Source of the DNA: Chrysomallon squamiferum | Lineage: Eukaryota > Animalia > Mollusca | Assembly: GCA_012295275.1 (NCBI GenBank) | Contig: CM022667.1 | Span: forward strand, 8,990,001-9,054,000 | Direction of reading: 5' to 3' | DNA length: 64,000 nucleotides | Shown here: one piece after another, positions 14,923 to 28,572 of the stretch | How positions within the stretch are numbered: the first letter of the stretch is position 1 | Layout of the letters: each line of letters starts with the position of its first letter | Translations under genes and position numbers: made by a program | The notes under the pieces: generated by a model | The model's input: only the letters and a program-made list of their open reading frames with translations | Databases searched by the model: none | What the model was told of the DNA's origin: nothing

Positions 14923-16389
14923 ATACAGAGAGAGAGAGAGGAAAAACGATTCTTCTGAAAACATTTGACTCTAGGTTATTACGAGAACTGTGGTATGAAT
15001 ATGTAACCGATATTGCAGCGTGGGCGCGTGCAGTGCTAAGAAACACACACACGTGCTTTCATTCACAGGGTTTGTGTACATGTAACATTTATTAATCTTG
15101 CAGATTTGTTTAGAACGTAAATGTCTATCCTGAAAAAAAGTGTACAGGCTTCGCGATAAATATTAATACTAACCATAGACGTGAAAGATTGCAGCAGCAG
15201 CAACAAAAACAGCAGTAATAATAACAACAACAACAACAACAATACTAATAATACTAATAATAATGGTGGTAATAATAATAAGAAGAATAATTACAACAAC
15301 ATCAACAACAACAATATTACTACTTCTACTACTATTACTTACTACTACTACTACTACTACTAATGGTAGTAATAATAATAATAATAATAAGCATAATAAT
15401 CATATATAATAATAATAACAATAACAACAACGTCAAGAACAACAACGATAATTATAATAACAAAACGACGACTACTACAAATTCTAATACTAATATTATT
15501 CATAAAGATTATTAAATATAAAGACAAAAAAAAACAAAAAAAAAAGGATGTTGAGAATTTGTATCTTGTCAGCTGTCTCGATCATCGAACCAGTGTTTGT
15601 CCTCACAATACTTAAAAACCGGAACATTCCGAGGCTGGTTGCTAAGCGACGTAAACCAGTTCCTCGTTCTGTCGCTTGAAACAGAAGCTGACGAACGATC
15701 ACAGACATAATTATAACCACGTAATCTGAACACGGGAACCTGCGACAGGTGATTCTTGTATTAATCTGCATCACAAGACTGAATTAATGTTTGTTTTACA
15801 ACACAAACTGGCTGTTACGTGTGTGTTTGCGGGATAACGGTAAATAGATGTTTATCTTGCAGACGCAGCTCGTACGAAAAAACTGCGTGGAATGTGGCGT
15901 CGTATTGATAAAGTTAATTTTTTTATTTTTTTTTATTTGTTAAAACTGCTACTCACTGGAATGCGCGGTGCATGGATAAAGTTATTTTTATTAAACTTGT
16001 TACTCACTGGAATGTGATGGTGGGCGGGGCAGGCTGGCTAGTGGGTGGGTGGGTGGGGTTGTGACGAAACAGGCGAGGAGGAAATTCTCAGCGGCGGATC
16101 GAGTTTTTCAGTCGCGGTTTGGGATAAATTCGACATTAAAACATTTAATTTGATATGTTCAGAAACAAACATAAATCGTATCATTAAGATAATTTTTCAT
16201 TTGCTGATCCATCACAGAATTCAGATGTGAGATAATTTTGAAAACCTTTTCACAGATTTTAAGACATGAATATAGACATAATAATATTTTTATAAAAAAA
16301 GAAGAAAAATTTTAATAGCGGATTCAGTGCATACTTTAGATGAAAGATAATTCTAAAACTACATTATTTTTTTAACATATTTTAAAAAA

Positions 16390-16420
<31 letters not shown>

Positions 16421-16539
16421 AAGGTGTAAAAAAGAAAAAGAAATCATTTCGTAAACGCTCTTACGTTAGTTTAATGGAACATTAGTATTAAATTATTTCT
16501 TTCAGTAAGTATTATCTTTACTGTGTACTATCTCGACAA

Positions 16540-16852
16540 AATATACTTTTAAAATGATAAAACATACTTCTAAATGGTAAAATATACTTCTAAAGTGGTA
16601 AAACATACTTCTAAAGTGATGAAATATACTTCTAAAGTGGTAAAACATACTTCTAAAGTGATAAAAGATACTTCTAACGTGATGAAACATACTTCTGAAA
16701 TGGTAAAACATACTTCTGAAATGGTAAACTAATCTTCTAAAAACATACTTTTAAAATGGTAAAATGTAATTCTAAAAATATGCTTTTAAAATGGTAAAAT
16801 GTAATTCTAAAAATATGCTTCTAAAAATACACTTCTAAAATTATACTCCTAA
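16540..16852. repeat. ~21-bp minisatellite (aaaacatacttctaaagtggt)
   Basis: About 10 clear units followed by decayed shorter units. Explains ORF 16502-16711. Confidence 0.9.
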
Positions 16853-16936
16853 ACGTGAAAACATAAATGTTGTAACTCTTACAATCATTTTTATTTTTTT
16901 AAATTTTTTTGACGTCTGCTCGCTGTTATCACGTAC

Positions 16937-17130
16937 CTGCATTTCCTATTAAATTACTTCTGTCTCTGTTTTTTTTCTGTTTCTTCTGAATCCACCGACA
17001 TACCGCTACACGGAGATAAGGGACATCTGGTAACACATCGGCTAACATCAAACGGAACCATTTTCCGAGCACGATTTTTAAATCCGCTTTTATTGCCGTG
17101 ACCAGCACGCGCGAGTTGTTCAAAACTCCC
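16937..17130 (-). other. Candidate first exon of an antisense transcript ending ATG CAG|gtacgt
   Basis: Donor GCAG|GTACGT at 16937/16936, ATG at 16942. CpG-rich region with ETS-like CGGAAGTG at ~17229. The 5' end is uncertain. Confidence 0.3.
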
Positions 17131-18137
17131 AAGTTTCTGCTGCCTCGAATTAAAGAAACACAACACAGAACACGTCATCAGAATGTCGTCATCAGGACAA
17201 AAAAGCACAAAAACAGGAACATAAAAAACGGAAGTGGGACGAAAGGACTGTGGGATAGATATCTTGTTAATAAGAAACGGTTACGAATAAAAGTTTTGAC
17301 TTAATTAGTTATTTATGAAGATGTTTTTTTTTTTTTTTTTTGCTTTAAAGTGTAATGCTGTCGGCGTTGTTGTTTTGGTGAACGTTGTCGTTGTTGATGT
17401 GTTAAAGATCAACGTCGTTATTGACATAAATACAGCTGTCTTTCATATGTTTCATGATTATAAACTTTAAGAATATAAATTCACTTTTTAGATTATTAAT
17501 TTACTTTTATCTCATAGATTCACCTTATACTTTGAAGTCCATTAAAATAAAAATAATAAAAAAAATAATAATAAAAAATAAAATTAAAATAAAATTAAAA
17601 AAAATTAAAACTGATAAAACTTGAACTCAAAATGAGCGGTGTAAAAACTACACCGAATACAGGAAAGTATTTTCAGTTAGTTAATGAATTTTCATTTCAA
17701 CCTCGTCTCAGTTCTTTTTATTCATTTATCATTGTATTTGTTTCTATCTTTCACCGAAGCCTGTTCTGGTGCAGAGAAATAACGAAAACAAAGCCAGCTT
17801 CATTCACTAATGTTGTGATTACAGGAAATAAATTTGCTCCCGACTGTCTCAGCAGACAAAAAACCAACGTCTTTTTTCTTCCAAATACCATTAGAAAAAT
17901 TGCTCTGGGTCTTAATGCAGCTTCAATTAGCCAATGAAAACACGTGTTTTACGTTACATAACGGAAAACACGCGAACACGAAAATACGTCTCAACGTAGT
18001 AGTAAATATCAGAAGCATTGTCGAGTGATTCTGTTCTACGTACCGTGTGAGACATAGCGCACTGTCTGGACGACACAGGTGAAACAACGTCTGTACGTAC
18101 CGTAATTAAAATGACGTTTGTTTACGTCACGTGTGAA

Positions 18138-18450
18138 GTATCGATGTTTTGAATATCGATATATATTGCTTATGAAATATCTTCAACAATTATCGTATTC
18201 GAAATATCCATATTATAAGTGTTTGTTTCGAATTATTGTGCATATATTTCGCATTTGAAATATCGATATATACATATGTATTACATATGAAATATCGATA
18301 TATGTATTACATGTGAAATATCGATATATACATATGTATTACATATGAAATATCGATATATGTATTACATGTGAAATATCGATATATGTATTACACATGA
18401 AATATCGATAAGTGTATCACAGACGAAGTATCCTGTATGTGTATAACATG
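18138..18450. repeat. 26-32-bp minisatellite containing palindromic ATATCGATAT
   Basis: gaaatatcgatatatgtattacat(a/g)t repeated, with degenerate flanking units. Confidence 0.9.
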
Positions 18451-18846
18451 TGAATCAACATATATATAAAATATATCTGGATATAACGGTACACTGGAGA
18501 TGTACATTTCACCTGTTCTCATTTAACGAGAATTTTTTTTTTCTTCTTTTCTTCTTTTTTTTTTTTTACCTGGACGGCATATGGTGGAACTTTAGTTTGG
18601 TTTCCGTATCTCGGATGTTGAAAAGTCAGAACATGTAAAACTCTCTCTCGTGCATTTCAAACTTGTGAAAATGTAGCTTTGTTCTGCTGTGAGATTATTA
18701 CGATTGTTCTGTGACGTATTCGTGTCGTAGTCAAAACGAGATTTTAAAGGATTTAAACAGAAGAACTGTAAAGTTAAAACGTTTTGTGTATTTTTTTTTC
18801 TTCGTGTTTGAATTTTGCTGAATGACTAACATAACGGTGGTTTCAG

Positions 18847-18858
18847 CTGAAGGCAAAT
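18847..18858 (+). CDS. 12-nt microexon (LKAN in phase 0)
   Basis: Distal pyrimidine tract, TGC motif, branch site tgactaac, acceptor tttcag, exon CTGAAGGCAAAT, donor gtaagt. Confidence 0.6.
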
Positions 18859-19336
18859 GTAAGTATGTTTTTGAAGATATTTTCACTGTGTTATGTTTTA
18901 ATTTGCTTGCATTGACAAAAATAAATTATCTTTATTCTTTCTTTTTATTAATTCCTTCTTCTTTGCTTATTTCTTTCTTCCTTCCATAGCGTTTGGCTTT
19001 CTTCCTTTCTTTCTCTCGTCTCTATTTCTTTCTTCTTTCTTTCTTTCTTTCTTTTTTTATTTTCTTTTCTTTCTCTCTTATTTCATTCACTTTTCTTTTT
19101 TTCTTGCTTTATTTATTTTTCTTTCTGTTTTGTTCTGTCGTTATTTCTTTTTTCTTTTTTTCTCGTTCTTCTACAATTTTTATTTTCTTCATTTTTTTCT
19201 AATCTTAAACGATTAATAGACTGCAGTTCTGCTCCTGATGAAGTGAACATAGTGAAAAAAATGTCTTTACATTATTTTATATTTTTAACATCCTTTAAAG
19301 AAAATATGTAGATGGCTATAAAACTGAATATACTGA

Positions 19337-19368
<32 letters not shown>

Positions 19369-19686
19369 GCATATAGAAAAATACAAGCATACCTACCAAC
19401 TTACTACATATACTCACACACACATAAACATTCAAAGATATATACACATAGATACGCACAGATAGACAGAAAGACAAACAGATAAGTAGACAGACAGGAA
19501 GAGAAACAATATATAATAATTATATATAACCTAATTACAATAGATTTAATTAGACATTCCTGCAGTCTAGATCTACGCTTACATCCAGACACTGAACAGA
19601 AGCTGACTGACTCCTCGGTTATTACGTTTACTCTGTAAAATACTGATAATGTTGTTTTCTGTCATAATTACACAGACACGTATAAC

Positions 19687-19774
<88 letters not shown>

Positions 19775-20647
19775 CATAAAGAAAGAGAGAGAGAGAGAGT
19801 ACTGGTCAGTGAAAAATTTAACATCATCCCAGACCCACAAAACATGCAGAGTTTTTAATCTCCTTTTTCTTCTCTGGATTTCATTTTTCTCTATCAAAGT
19901 TTCTTCTCGAATTCTCTATCAAAGTCTCGTAATTGTTGAGTCTCGTAGATGAGAGACTCTGAGACAAAGTCCTGCTGATTTTCTTTTTTCTGTGACATAC
20001 CTCGACCTGACAGTTATATCTCATTTTTGTTTTTTCTCTTTCTAACAATGTATGGTTTTCAAACTATGTCTTTGCCATATCTTCTGTCTCTTATATAAAA
20101 TCAAACTGGTAGGTAAGAATATTGGGATTGTAATCAAACATTTATTTATCTGTCTATCTATATATCTATCTCTCTGTCAGTCTGTCAGTCTGTCTATCTG
20201 TCTGTCTGTCTGTCTTTCTGTCTGTCAGTCTATCTAATCTGTCAATCTATAAACACCTCGTATTACAATATTTTAAATCTCTAAATCGTAAATGCGATAG
20301 ACTTCTAATATTTATAATTAGGACACTAATGTCTCGAAGGATCAACAAATATTCAGCATACACGCATGCGAAGCTAAATGTGATTTGTATGAAGCGAGAG
20401 AAAAGATTCGAGTGAATCTGTCAAATGATGTTTAGTTCGTGCGTCTGTATGTTTGTGGAAATACCGACTTTATTTGTTTTCCTTATGTAACGCAAATAAA
20501 CCAAACGTCTCACTTTGAATGAATTCCAAACACAAAAGTCAATTGTTTGCAGATCTCCCTGATACACCGCAGATTGTTTTTGTATCAGAACGAGGAAGTA
20601 TAGGTACCGTACTGTCACGGTTATAACCACACATCATGCAGTTCATC

Positions 20648-20910
20648 TATTTTTAGATTCTCATTTTAACACTCATCATATATTCCATATATTTCTAGAT
20701 TTTTCAGTTATAGACACACCAACCATATAAGTCCATTTTTGTCTAGATTCTCAGTTATAAACAATAATCCTATAGTCAGTCGTCCATCTCTAGATTCTCA
20801 CTACCTTAAAGTCTCAGTTATAAACGCCTATCGTATAGTCCAGGTCTCTCTCAAGATTCTCAGTTATAAATATCCATCAACTAGTACATCTATCTTTAGA
20901 TTCTCATTGC
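20648..20910. repeat. Degenerate ~40-bp tandem repeat (tctagattctcagttataaac core)
   Basis: About 7 recurrences of agattctca(g/t)tt. Confidence 0.7.
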
Positions 20911-21888
20911 CGTACTGTGTCATTTGGAAACACTCATCGAATTAGTGCAGCTAATTCAAGATTCGCACGGAATATCTATCTCATTGTTACACCATCGCGA
21001 GATGAAGTAGGTTATCTTAAAACTGTGAGAAGATCCGTTCACCATCTTTCTCTTTCATTCTTTCCGCATTTGTCTGTCTGTCTCTCTCTCTCTTTTTCAA
21101 AATAGTAACTGCATTCTCTCTTTCTGTCTCTATCTCAGTTTGTTTCTGTGCTCCATTCTCATTCTACCTCTTTCTATCCATCTTGTCTGTGTTAAAAAGA
21201 GCCAGTTAATAACTCGGTTATTTATAAACTTTCATAGAAATTAACCCAGGGGTTTTGCAAATTTCCATATTCAGTTAAATTAATAATAAGTGCAAGAGAC
21301 AGAGATAAAGACAGACAGACAGACAGACAGATAAGAAGAAGAAGAAGAAGATCACAGGTTCACCAAAAAATACCCCTACAGATTTAAGCAGAAAAAGATA
21401 AAGTTGTACTGAAATAAACGACTGCCAAATATTGTCCATTAGGGAACAGCGATAATACCGGACTAACGAAAACAGATGCGAGCGAATCTCACGCCACAGT
21501 TACGTATTCACTGGGGTATTGTCAGAGATAGAGTCATTCCTCGCTACATGCAGTTTATATAAACACATAGGCTACTAATAAAAGCTACACACTGTTGATG
21601 TTGCCTCCCAAAACGTACACTGTGTACATACAAAAAAATCAGGAGATGTTCCTTTATCCTTTTCTAATCGCTCGGTGCTGTCTGTTTAAAACACGTTTAG
21701 GTGATAAATCGTGTGGGAGTTTGTTGTGCTTTGTTTGAGAATCTCTTTATCTGTCTGTCAGTTTCCCTGTTTGTCTCTGTTTGTCCCTGATTGTCCCTGG
21801 GTCTATCTGGTTGCTTCTCTGTTTATCGATCTGTCTGATGTGTCTGTTTAACATTCTGTACGCCTGTTTGTCTGTCTGCTTTATATAC

Positions 21889-21986
<98 letters not shown>

Positions 21987-22320
21987 GATACAGTTTGAAT
22001 TTTACCTTTCTTGTCTTATTCTCTCTCTCTTTCTCTCCATCTTTGTTTATTTGTCGAAATATCTTTCTATATATATATATATATATATATACACCTCTTT
22101 TTAAAATCTACCTTTAATCTGTTCTTCTATGTGCGGGTTCTCGCTTCTTCTAATGAAATTACTCCATGACATAATTTCCTTAAGTGTGAGACACACAAAG
22201 CAATTTTCTTTAAGTGATGATGACTTCTATTTTTGTCTTCTGAAAAGCGGTCTGCAGTTTCATTACAGATAATGCGGCGCGTGTTCCAGCTCATTCGAGC
22301 AAATGTCTTTCTCGAGTACA

Positions 22321-22497
22321 CGTCACTACTCACTGTGATGCGTTACGTCACTGCTCACTGTGATGCGTTACGTCACTGCTCACTGTGATGTGTTACGTCA
22401 CTACTCACTGTAATGTGTTACGTCACTGCTCACTGTAATGTGTTACGTCACTGCTCACTGTGATGTGTTACGTCACTACTCACTGTGATGTGTAACG
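22321..22497. repeat. 25-bp minisatellite x7 (cgtcactgctcactgtgatgtgtta)
   Basis: Seven near-identical units. Each unit junction forms TTACGTCA. Confidence 0.95.
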
Positions 22498-24461
22498 TTC
22501 CGCCGTCTCGCGCCTCTGATTAGTTACCCCTGGCGGAAATGGAAATCTTTTGTATCCGGAAGATAAAAAAAAGATGAGAAATATGTTCTGTTATTGCGAA
22601 TAAAATTATCCAATTGATTTCTTCTTTTTTTAAATGTCTGTTTTGAACATTTTCAGTGACTGAACATTTTTTTTTTTTGATTATTATTATTATTATTATT
22701 TAAAAAATAAAATAAAATTAGAAAGTAAATGGAGCAGTTATCTGCGTTATCTGCATAATGTGCCTAATACACTGAACAAGTACAAACACCTACAAAGCCT
22801 GAGTTGTTAAATATGTTTTTTTTTTTTGTTTGTTTGTTCCTGTTGGCAAAATGAATAGCTTAGGAGAGATTTGGGAGAAAAAAAAATAAAAAATAAAAAA
22901 TAAATTTATAAATCGAGAATGAAAGAAAAGCTAATAAGACCAACTTGAATAGCTATAAAAATTTTTAAAAATGCCAGTTCTATTAAGTTCTTAGATCTTT
23001 TTTGACGAGATATTATTAAACTGCGGCACGTTATTCTGTAAAAAGAAATAAAAGAAAGAAAAGAGAGAAAAAAAAACAACACACACGTTATTTTTATAAT
23101 TTGTGTTGTGGGTGTTTTAATTAATATTTTACTATTTAATAGAACGAGTGAATCGTGATAAAGACACCACAACCCACTTTAAAATGATCAGATAATATAT
23201 ATGTATATATATATGCGTGTGCGTGTGTGGGCGTGAGTGTACAAACAGTAAATCTTATTATTTCTCATACAGCACACAGCCATTATTAATAATTAACTAT
23301 TAAGCTTTAAGTATCACTGAAAGAAAGCACCAGACAGCTTAGTTAGTTTTTTACCACTGAGTATCATGAACTTATTTCCTGCAGTTGGTTTTGGTCGATT
23401 ATTTTATAATTGTTCCTATCTGTCGTATTTGCGTTTACAAAGCAATAATTATAATAAACGTTATTTTTCGCACGGTGGTCTATTAAAGGTAAAAAAAACT
23501 GTTTTTGTTTTTACTGTTACTGTTACGTTTGTTTTTCCGAATGGTCTGGAAGAAAATTTTATAAAATGTTATCAATTTTCCAACTGTTATTTCACATTCA
23601 GTTTGCAGGGATAGTCTGCTTAAAACACAATTTGGCATCATTCCGGGAACTGATGAGAGGAAATATTTTTATTTGAATCCATCCTTCATATGAAACTATG
23701 TATGATAGTCTTTGTAAAAAACATTCAAGGTTGGAACGGGAACTAATCCCACCGACGCATGCACCGAGAGACATGTAAACATGTTTCTTATCTAGAAATT
23801 CGTATCAGATCCAGGAAGACTCTGCCAACGAAACGAGCCGAACGCACCAGACTGAACCACCTCAGATTTGCATATACCTTTATTAAATAAACACAGAGAC
23901 GTTGTGTTCTTTTTTACACACACACCTTTAACATAGACGTCTTTTGCGTATAACCTTTGTTAAACAAACAATCTAATTCTTGTGCGTTTTAATCTAATCC
24001 TAACACACATCTATATTTCGCTTCAAACCGTCTACGGCTCTGGTATCGGAAATAAATTATCTTTCGTCAAAAAAAAAAAAAAAAGAAAAAAAAATAATAA
24101 TAATAATAAAATCACTATTTAGTTGCGTAACCTTTTCCTACGCCAGCTCGTTCAGTTGTAAACGAAAGGTTTCACGTAGCTTTCATCTCTCGTGCGATCT
24201 GAGTCGTTTTTTCCGCTACGGAGAATCTCCAGTCTAAAACAAACAGGAAAACAGAAAACAATTACTATTCATACATGTTAGTAACTAACCAGCTAAGCTG
24301 TGATCGGACATCTGATGAAACAAGCCGACAACAAACCCGTGGTGGACGTAAGCTGACAAAATAAACTTTCACGATGGAAAATGGATCGTATCAGTTACTT
24401 CTCCTGGCAACATTTTTCTTCAACACCGTTTCAGAAAAAAAAAAAAAATAATAATGAAGAT

Positions 24462-24499
<38 letters not shown>

Positions 24500-25234
24500 C
24501 ATCTTAAATTTCCAATTTTGTAAATTGTGAAGTTTAGAAAACAGGGAATGAAACTATTTAGAGAATCCCTCTTGGTTTTTATGCGGGCAAATATTTGGAT
24601 TTTTTTGTTCTAATCTTGAACTTAATAATTACCACGATGATGCTCATTACATTCTGAAATGATGAACAATCCCGTCTGATCGTTGTCAGTTTTCTAAGAA
24701 AAGAAAAAAAAAAAAAAAAAGGAAAAAATAAAATAAAAGAAAGTGAGCGGAGGTGGATATTTCTATTTTGAATTTTCTTCTGAAAGTATTTTGACACGCA
24801 GTTTCTTAAACATCACTAGAACTGTTTACAGATTAAACATGCACTGAGAAGTTGTTGACACGTTATTTAGTTTCTGTATTATGTAGGCGATTGGTTTATA
24901 ATTTTTTACTGGCTGTTACAGGTGGTTAGTTTATTAATCGTCACTGGTCAAATATAGTCTCTCATTTGTGAATCAGTTATCTGAATCATCATGAACATAA
25001 ACCCCTATTTATTTATTTATCATCATTATCATCATCATCATTATCATTTGTTCTTTTTCTTTCTTCTTCTTCTTCTTCTTCTTCTTCTTCTTCTTCTTGC
25101 TTATTTACAACATTATCATGAATTATTATAAACAAACATTAAACAAAAATATAAGTACTAAATAAACCCTGTCAGCGCCACCTACTAAGAAAAACACTCC
25201 AGTTATTTCCCCTTTTAAACAGTAACGAAACAAA

Positions 25235-25450
25235 AAACCAACATGGCGGCCGAGTCGTCTTGACCTTGTGATATTTGAAAACGAGTCAAACCAGGTGTGT
25301 CGACACCTGCACGTTACAAACCGCTGCACTTACGTAATCGCGAAGACGTGCACACACACGTGCGCTGCAAATGCGTGTTGCCTTTGCCTGGCTCGACGTA
25401 CTTTAACTTTCCAGTATGAAAAGCGACGCTGTGCTGGAGATAACGCTGGC
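25235..25450 (+). promoter_or_regulatory. Promoter-like CpG-rich segment with YY1-type motif and possible non-coding exon donor
   Basis: AACATGGCGG at ~25240 (uORF MAAESS*), CAG|gtgtgt at 25294, TTACGTAA and CACGTG nearby. Confidence 0.35.
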
Positions 25451-25793
25451 AGCCCCGATTTTCAAAAACATTTACATAAACTATCAGAAAATAAAATTAA
25501 AAAGTAATAAAGAAGAAAAAAAAAAAAAAAAGAAAGAAATAAGAAAAAAGAGAGAAGAAAATCGACATTTACAGCATTCTAGAGTCACTTGAGCTGTGTG
25601 TGTAAAACAGCTGCTGTCACTGATTGACTGGTGCCTTCACCACAACTTATACAAAACTGTAAACCTCCATAGATGTTGCTACCACCACTATCATTGCTGC
25701 TGTTATTACTGATTCTACTACTACCAGTACTTATGTAACTAGTATTACTATTATTACTACTAGTATTATTACTACTACTTCTATTACTTTCAC

Positions 25794-25832
<39 letters not shown>

Positions 25833-26339
25833 TAACAATAGTACTTACCACCATCACCACCACTACTACTACTACTAGTACTACTTCTACTATTACTGAT
25901 TCTATTACCATTACTATTACTATTGAAACTACTACTATCACTACTACTGCTACTACTACTACTATTGCTATTAATACCATTACTATACGTTCTCCTATAA
26001 ACTTCTGCCATTACTAGTATTATTACCATCAACACCATATTACGTTGCTACAACAACACCTAATACTACTACGGCTACTGTTGTTATTACTACCACCACT
26101 ACTACCACCGCCACTACAACCACTATTAACATTACTGCCGTCACTGATGTAATTATTGCTTCTGTTAAAAATGTTCTTTGTATGAGAAAAACACGGCTGT
26201 ATTATTTACTGTTACGAAATGTAACACGTTTAAATATACTATTTACAGTTACAAACTTTATATTTTTTACTGTATAATTTACATTTATAAAATGTAAATA
26301 TTTGACTGTAATATTTACAGTTATAAAACGTAACTTGTT

Positions 26340-28572
26340 TAACTATTATTTACAGTTGTAAAACGTAACGTTTATTATTTACTGTTATAAAACGTAGCAT
26401 ATTTAACAGTACTATCTACAGTTATAAAAGGTCACATATTTAACAGTACTGTCTACAGTTATAAAACGTAACATATTTAACAGTACTGTCTACAGTTATA
26501 AAACGTAAAATTATTTAACAGTGCTGTTTACAGTTATAAAACGTAACATATTTAACAGTACTATCTACAGTTATAAAACGTAACATTATTTAACACTACT
26601 ATCTACAGTTATAAAACGTAAATATTTAACAGTACTGTCTACAGTTATAAAACGTAACATATTTAACAGTACTGTCTACAGTTATAAAACGTAACATTAT
26701 TTAACAGTACTGTCTACAATTATGAAACGTAACATATTTAACACCACTATCTACAGTTATAAAACGTAACATATTTAACAGTACTGTCTACAGTTATAAA
26801 ACGTAAAATTATTTAACAGTGCTGTTTACAGTTATAAAACGTAACATATTTAACAGTACTATCTACAGTTATAAAACGTAACATTATTTAACACTACTAT
26901 CTACAGTTATAAAACGTAAATATTTAACAGTACTGTCTACAGTTATAAAACGTAACATATTTAACAGTACTGTCTACAGTTATAAAACGTAACATTATTT
27001 AACAGTACTGTCTACAATTATGAAACGTAACATATTTAACACCACTATCTACAGTTATAAAACGTAACATTATTTAACACTACTATCTACAGTTATAAAA
27101 CGTAAATATTTAACAGTACTGTCTACAGTTATAAAACGTAACATATTTAACAGTACTGTCTACAGTTATAAAACGTAACATTATTTAACAGTACTGTCTA
27201 CAGTTATAAAACGTAACATATTTAACAGTACTGTCTACAGTTATAAAACGTAACATACTTAAAAGTACTGTCTACAGTTATAAAACGTAACATATTTAAC
27301 AGTACTGTCTACAGTTATAAAACGTAACATTATTTAACAGTGCTGTTTACAGTTATAAAACGTAACATATTTAACAGTACTATCTACAGTTATAAAACGT
27401 AACATATTTAACATACTATCTACAGTTATAAAACGTAACATATTTAACAGTACTGTCTACAGTTATAAAACGTAACATTATTTAACAGTGCTGTTTACAG
27501 TTATAAAACGTAACATATTTAACAGTACTATCTACAGTTATAAAACGTAACATATTTAACATACTATCTACAGTTATAAAACGTAACATTATTTAACACT
27601 ACTATCTACAGTTATAAAACGTAAATATTTAACAGTACTGTCTACAGTTATAAAACGTAACATATTTAACAGTACTGTCTACAGTTATAAAACGTAACAT
27701 TATTTAACAGTGCTGTTTACAGTTATAAAACGTAACATATTTAACAGTACTATCTACAGTTATAAAACGTAACATATTTAACATACTATCTACAGTTATA
27801 AAACGTAACATATTTAACAGTACTGTCTACAGTTATAAAACGTAACATTATTTAACAGTGCTGTTTACAGTTATAAAACGACAGGAAACAGTTATAAAAC
27901 GTAACATTATTTAACACTACTATCTACAGTTATAAAACGTAAATATTTAACAGTACTGTCTACAGTTATAAAACGTAACATATTTAACAGTACTGTCTAC
28001 AGTTATAAAACGTAACATTATTTAACAGTGCTGTTTACAGTTATAAAACGTAACATATTTAACAGTACTATCTACAGTTATAAAACGTAACATATTTAAC
28101 ATACTATCTACAGTTATAAAAGGTAACATATTTAACAGTACTGTCTACAGTTATAAAACGTAACATATTTAACAGTACTATCTACAGTTATTAACATTAT
28201 TTAACAGTACTGTCTACAATTATGAAACGTAACATATTTACCACTATCTACAGTTATAAAACGTAACATTATTTAACACTACTATCTACAGTTATAAAAC
28301 GTAAATATTTAACAGTACTGTCTACAGTTTAAAACGTAACATATTTAACAGTACTGTCTACAGTTATGTTTGTTTGTCTACAGTTATAAAACGTAACATA
28401 TTTAGTAATGTCTACAGTTATAAAACGTTTTAAATGTACTGTCTACAGTTATAAAAAACATATTTAACAGTACTGTCTACAGTTATAAAACGTAACATTA
28501 TTTAACACTACTGTCTACAGTTATAAAACGTAACATATTTAACAGTACTGTCTACAGTTATAAAACGTAACA
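26340..28572. repeat. 37-bp minisatellite, ~60 copies (acagttataaaacgtaacatatttaacagtactgtct)
   Basis: Seen directly. 36-38-bp variants; internal palindrome ACAGTACTGT; degenerate at the left edge. Confidence 0.98.

Noticed and set aside
24922-24924. 3-nt microexon (ttacag|GTG|gttagt) or recursive splice site
   Set aside because: The signals are too weak to call without reads.
26410-28570. Array of 9-nt microexons (ctacag|TTATAAAAC|gtaaca) in each satellite unit
   Set aside because: The donor is weak, there is no pyrimidine tract, the intervening introns would be only ~28 nt, and phase 0 contains a stop.
26340-28572. CRISPR-like array (37-bp repeat with an internal palindrome)
   Set aside because: Units are head-to-tail with no unique spacers, there are no cas genes, and the context is eukaryotic.
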